DNA of 64,000 nucleotides from Escherichia coli (GTDB lineage Bacteria > Pseudomonadota > Gammaproteobacteria > Enterobacterales > Enterobacteriaceae): the NCBI RefSeq assembly GCF_024502345.1, contig NZ_JALDNN010000003.1. One strand, 5' to 3'. Made by a program: the position numbers and the translations under genes. Positions 61,819 to 64,000 of the stretch are shown here, piece after piece; within the stretch, counting starts at the first letter, position 1, and each line of letters starts with the position of its first letter. The notes under the pieces were generated by a model. It saw only the letters and a list, made by a program, of their open reading frames with translations. It was not told where the DNA came from and searched no databases.

Positions 61819-62286
61819 TTACATCCCGAGGATTCTGGCTGCGACCGTCAGTTGTTTATCACTTAATGGAAATTTGCGTGATAACGTCGACTTCAGGCTG
61901 TTCAAAAAACTGTTCTCGCCGTCTTGCTGCGTGATGGCGTCCACCAGTTCTTGGTGGTTCTGACACCAGAGGTTGAACGCGGAAGTCTTTGATTGAACAG
62001 CACGTTGACGCTCTGCTGCCTGAGCGGCTGAGATCTTGCGAGCAGCTTCTGGGTATATGCGATACAGTGCAGTCAGGGTGTAACAGGTACGGGTAGTGAC
62101 CAGGCTATAGCCAGTGGCATTACAGGCAATACAGCGGCTCTTATAAAAGTGATTGCGTTCGCCACGTCCATTGCATTTATTGCAAGTAACACGGTAAATA
62201 TATTCCCCGGTGCCTTTTACTGAATCAATACACTTAATCTTAGCGTTATCGATTGCCATTCCGCTACGGTCAAAGTATTTATCCAT
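61819..62286 (-). CDS. zinc-finger protein (155 aa), CxxC-x-GxG repeats
   Basis: CNKCNGRGE...CIACNATGY DnaJ-type zinc-finger-like spacing. Confidence 0.5.
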   Translation of the reverse strand: MDKYFDRSGMAIDNAKIKCIDSVKGTGEYIYRVTCNKCNGRGERNHFYKSRCIACNATGYSLVTTRTCYTLTALYRIYPEAARKISAAQAAERQRAVQSKTSAFNLWCQNHQELVDAITQQDGENSFLNSLKSTLSRKFPLSDKQLTVAARILGM

Positions 62287-62608
62287 TTTTGATTCCTCAG
62301 GTTTGGTCTGAAGTAATAATGACAGATTGGCCTCGCTGGCTAATAACCTGAACGAACGTTTTTTGAAAATAAATCAGGAAGGATGATTGAGATGATTTAT
62401 ATATGCAGGATTCAATTTTAATGGAGGGTATTTTCAGAATTATCTGTTTACAAAAAACGAAACAAATCCTAATGAGGCATTTATTGCATCACAATAAAAG
62501 TGATTGCTTTTCACTCATTTGAGTAGCGATGCTTAAGTATTTATCCGTTTTAAGGTATAACAGCAGCGTGATACGACTCAGGGAATGCCTGTCCGTCACC
62601 TTAATGAT

Positions 62609-62626
62609 GCTTTACTTCCGGTTGCC
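62609..62626. promoter_or_regulatory. motif copy R3a GCTTTACTTCCGGTTGCC (half-palindrome + CCGGTTGCC extension)
   Basis: In 860-bp ORF-poor region. Confidence 0.35.
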
Positions 62627-62999
62627 GAAACAGTCCATATGGCTGACATGTATTACACGCACGGTCTAACGCAGTTCCGGGGGGTGGCACAGCGGCGTGA
62701 TGCCGCTTTAATCTGGAAAACGCAGGCATCTACTGGTGCCTCAGGATCGCGGCACTCGCAAGCTGAAACACCAGAGCCTGTTCGTCTTCCGGCTGTATCG
62801 CTCGTCCCCGTCTACAAAACCCGTCTCATCCGCAGGTATCGCTGGCGCACTCCCAGACGGTTAGAGGCTTTCGGGAACTGCCTGGGTCAAAGAACACCGG
62901 CGTTCAGGTAGCTGTTGAAATGGACATCTACACGTTTTTGTTCAAGTGATTCAGTTGTGGTGAGGGCATAACGGGTAATGCCCTCCCGTGAAGCCCTGA

Positions 63000-63015
63000 G
63001 AAAAGTTACTTTTCC
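63000..63015. promoter_or_regulatory. palindromic motif copy R3b GAAAAGTTACTTTTCC
   Basis: 130 bp upstream of 63146 start codon. Confidence 0.45.
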
Positions 63016-63145
63016 AGGATTAATGCAGTCTGGCTTTTAATATAAATTCAGGGGATATTTTTTAAAAAAAATACCTGTCGTCAACTTATTAGAAAAGTAA
63101 GTCAAAATGCTAGAGTGTTCTCATTCAAAAAGAGGAGAACTAACC

Positions 63146-63922
63146 ATGCCAAAATATTTGTTACCTGCCGAGCTTGCGGAAATTGTTTGTGGATTACTGG
63201 TGCAACCAGCATTATTGAATGAATTAAAAACACCAGCCACGCATAAAGCATTTATGCAGGACATCGGCGAGCTGGTGGCGAAACATTGCGGCGGTCAAAT
63301 TGACGGCGTGATCATGCCTGAGGTACGCGATGAAGACAGCCAGGCCGATTACCTGACATCTCCAGATGAAACCCCTTATATTGTTGTCTCTCCTGGCCAG
63401 GACATGCACTCCCTCACAGATAACGTCTGGCGTCATCATGCCCGGGATGGCTGGCTTGACCATATCAAAGGCAGTGTCGAAGAAAGCCCTGATGAACTGC
63501 CGACCCACAAAGAGTGCGCTGTACGCCGCTACACCCTCCAGCGTCTGCTCCTTCAGGAAGAAACCAGCCATGCTAATCTGCCAGTACAGGTGGTGCGGAT
63601 GTGTGAGTACAGCACCGACGATGTTGAGCAGACCGATTCTTCAGCAGAGTTTAACGTCACAATGGCGCTCGGTGGTCATGCCATGCTGGCAGTAAAAGAT
63701 ACAGATTCCCGTCTGGTGATGGCCCTGACACTCTTGATTGAAAATGGAGTTCCCTCTGTCCACGTTAATGCGGGTGACACTGATCCTTCAGTTCTGCACA
63801 TCCGGGCAGCTCACGGTGGTCTGGTTCTTTCAACCGACTCCCTTAATCATGATTTCAGTATTTCGCCCTCTGACCAGTATACCTACGGACGCCCTGGATT
63901 ATTATTGAAAGCCGCCTACTGA
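63146..63922 (+). CDS. hypothetical protein (258 aa)
   Basis: ATG at 63146 with GAGGAG SD (AAAGAGGAGAACTAACCATG); ORF track starts further upstream. Confidence 0.5.
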   Translation: MPKYLLPAELAEIVCGLLVQPALLNELKTPATHKAFMQDIGELVAKHCGGQIDGVIMPEVRDEDSQADYLTSPDETPYIVVSPGQDMHSLTDNVWRHHARDGWLDHIKGSVEESPDELPTHKECAVRRYTLQRLLLQEETSHANLPVQVVRMCEYSTDDVEQTDSSAEFNVTMALGGHAMLAVKDTDSRLVMALTLLIENGVPSVHVNAGDTDPSVLHIRAAHGGLVLSTDSLNHDFSISPSDQYTYGRPGLLLKAAY

Positions 63923-64000
63923 TTTATTAATTCAAAATCCGTCATTATTATTTACCCCCATTTTTCGCCCCTAACTTATGGGGCGAGTATATTTTAAAAA

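Noticed and set aside
62585-62911. 108-aa plus-strand ORF in the 860-bp region upstream of 63146
   Set aside because: No SD, Arg/Pro-rich translation of GC-rich DNA; the region more likely holds promoters and regulatory elements (two motif copies and a GAGGGCAT...ATGCCCTC hairpin).
1-64000. CRISPR array
   Set aside because: No regularly spaced direct repeats of 24-40 bp; the recurrent palindrome copies are kilobases apart and irregular.

Overview
Mosaic enterobacterial segment, very IS-rich, with no rRNA, tRNA or CRISPR array detected by eye. All product calls are from reading the translations (motifs and recalled homologues), not from database searches. (1) 1-7.0 kb: chromosomal citrate-fermentation locus (citF' citE citD citC on the minus strand, divergent citA/citB two-component genes, REP elements, 3' fragment of dcuC). 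(2) 7.0-12.9 kb: IS26 cutting dcuC, itself interrupted by a nested IS66-family element with an 8-bp target duplication, abutting a 5'-truncated Tn3-family tnpA with its 38-bp terminal inverted repeat. (3) 12.9-21.3 kb: AT-rich accessory genes: hypotheticals, a long coiled-coil protein, a Dcm-like C5 cytosine methyltransferase heading a tight four-gene operon, a secreted thermonuclease. (4) 21.8-27 kb: SulP transporter, tandem UspA, arsRBC plus divergent arsH. (5) 27-34 kb: two different DDE transposase genes bracket an AT-rich four-gene operon (helical-repeat protein, FRG-domain protein, small single-TM protein, SEC-C/zinc-finger protein); this is my top candidate for an undescribed defence-type system. 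(6) 34-39.4 kb: trio of overlapping tyrosine recombinase genes, the third truncated by IS903. (7) 39.4-44.4 kb: plasmid-like segment (ParB/KorB-like protein, hok-type toxin, small hypotheticals). (8) Two inverted IS1 copies (44.4 and 60.7 kb) bracket corA plus a ~14-kb array of about 20 small minus-strand genes, including an HNH nuclease and an 809-aa PP-loop (PAPS-reductase/DndC-like) protein. IS1 copy 2 is a simple insertion (9-bp duplication) that splits a 395-codon gene translationally coupled to a HigB-like toxin gene. A palindrome built on AAAGT-N-ACTTT recurs at seven promoter-proximal intergenic sites between 41 and 63 kb.
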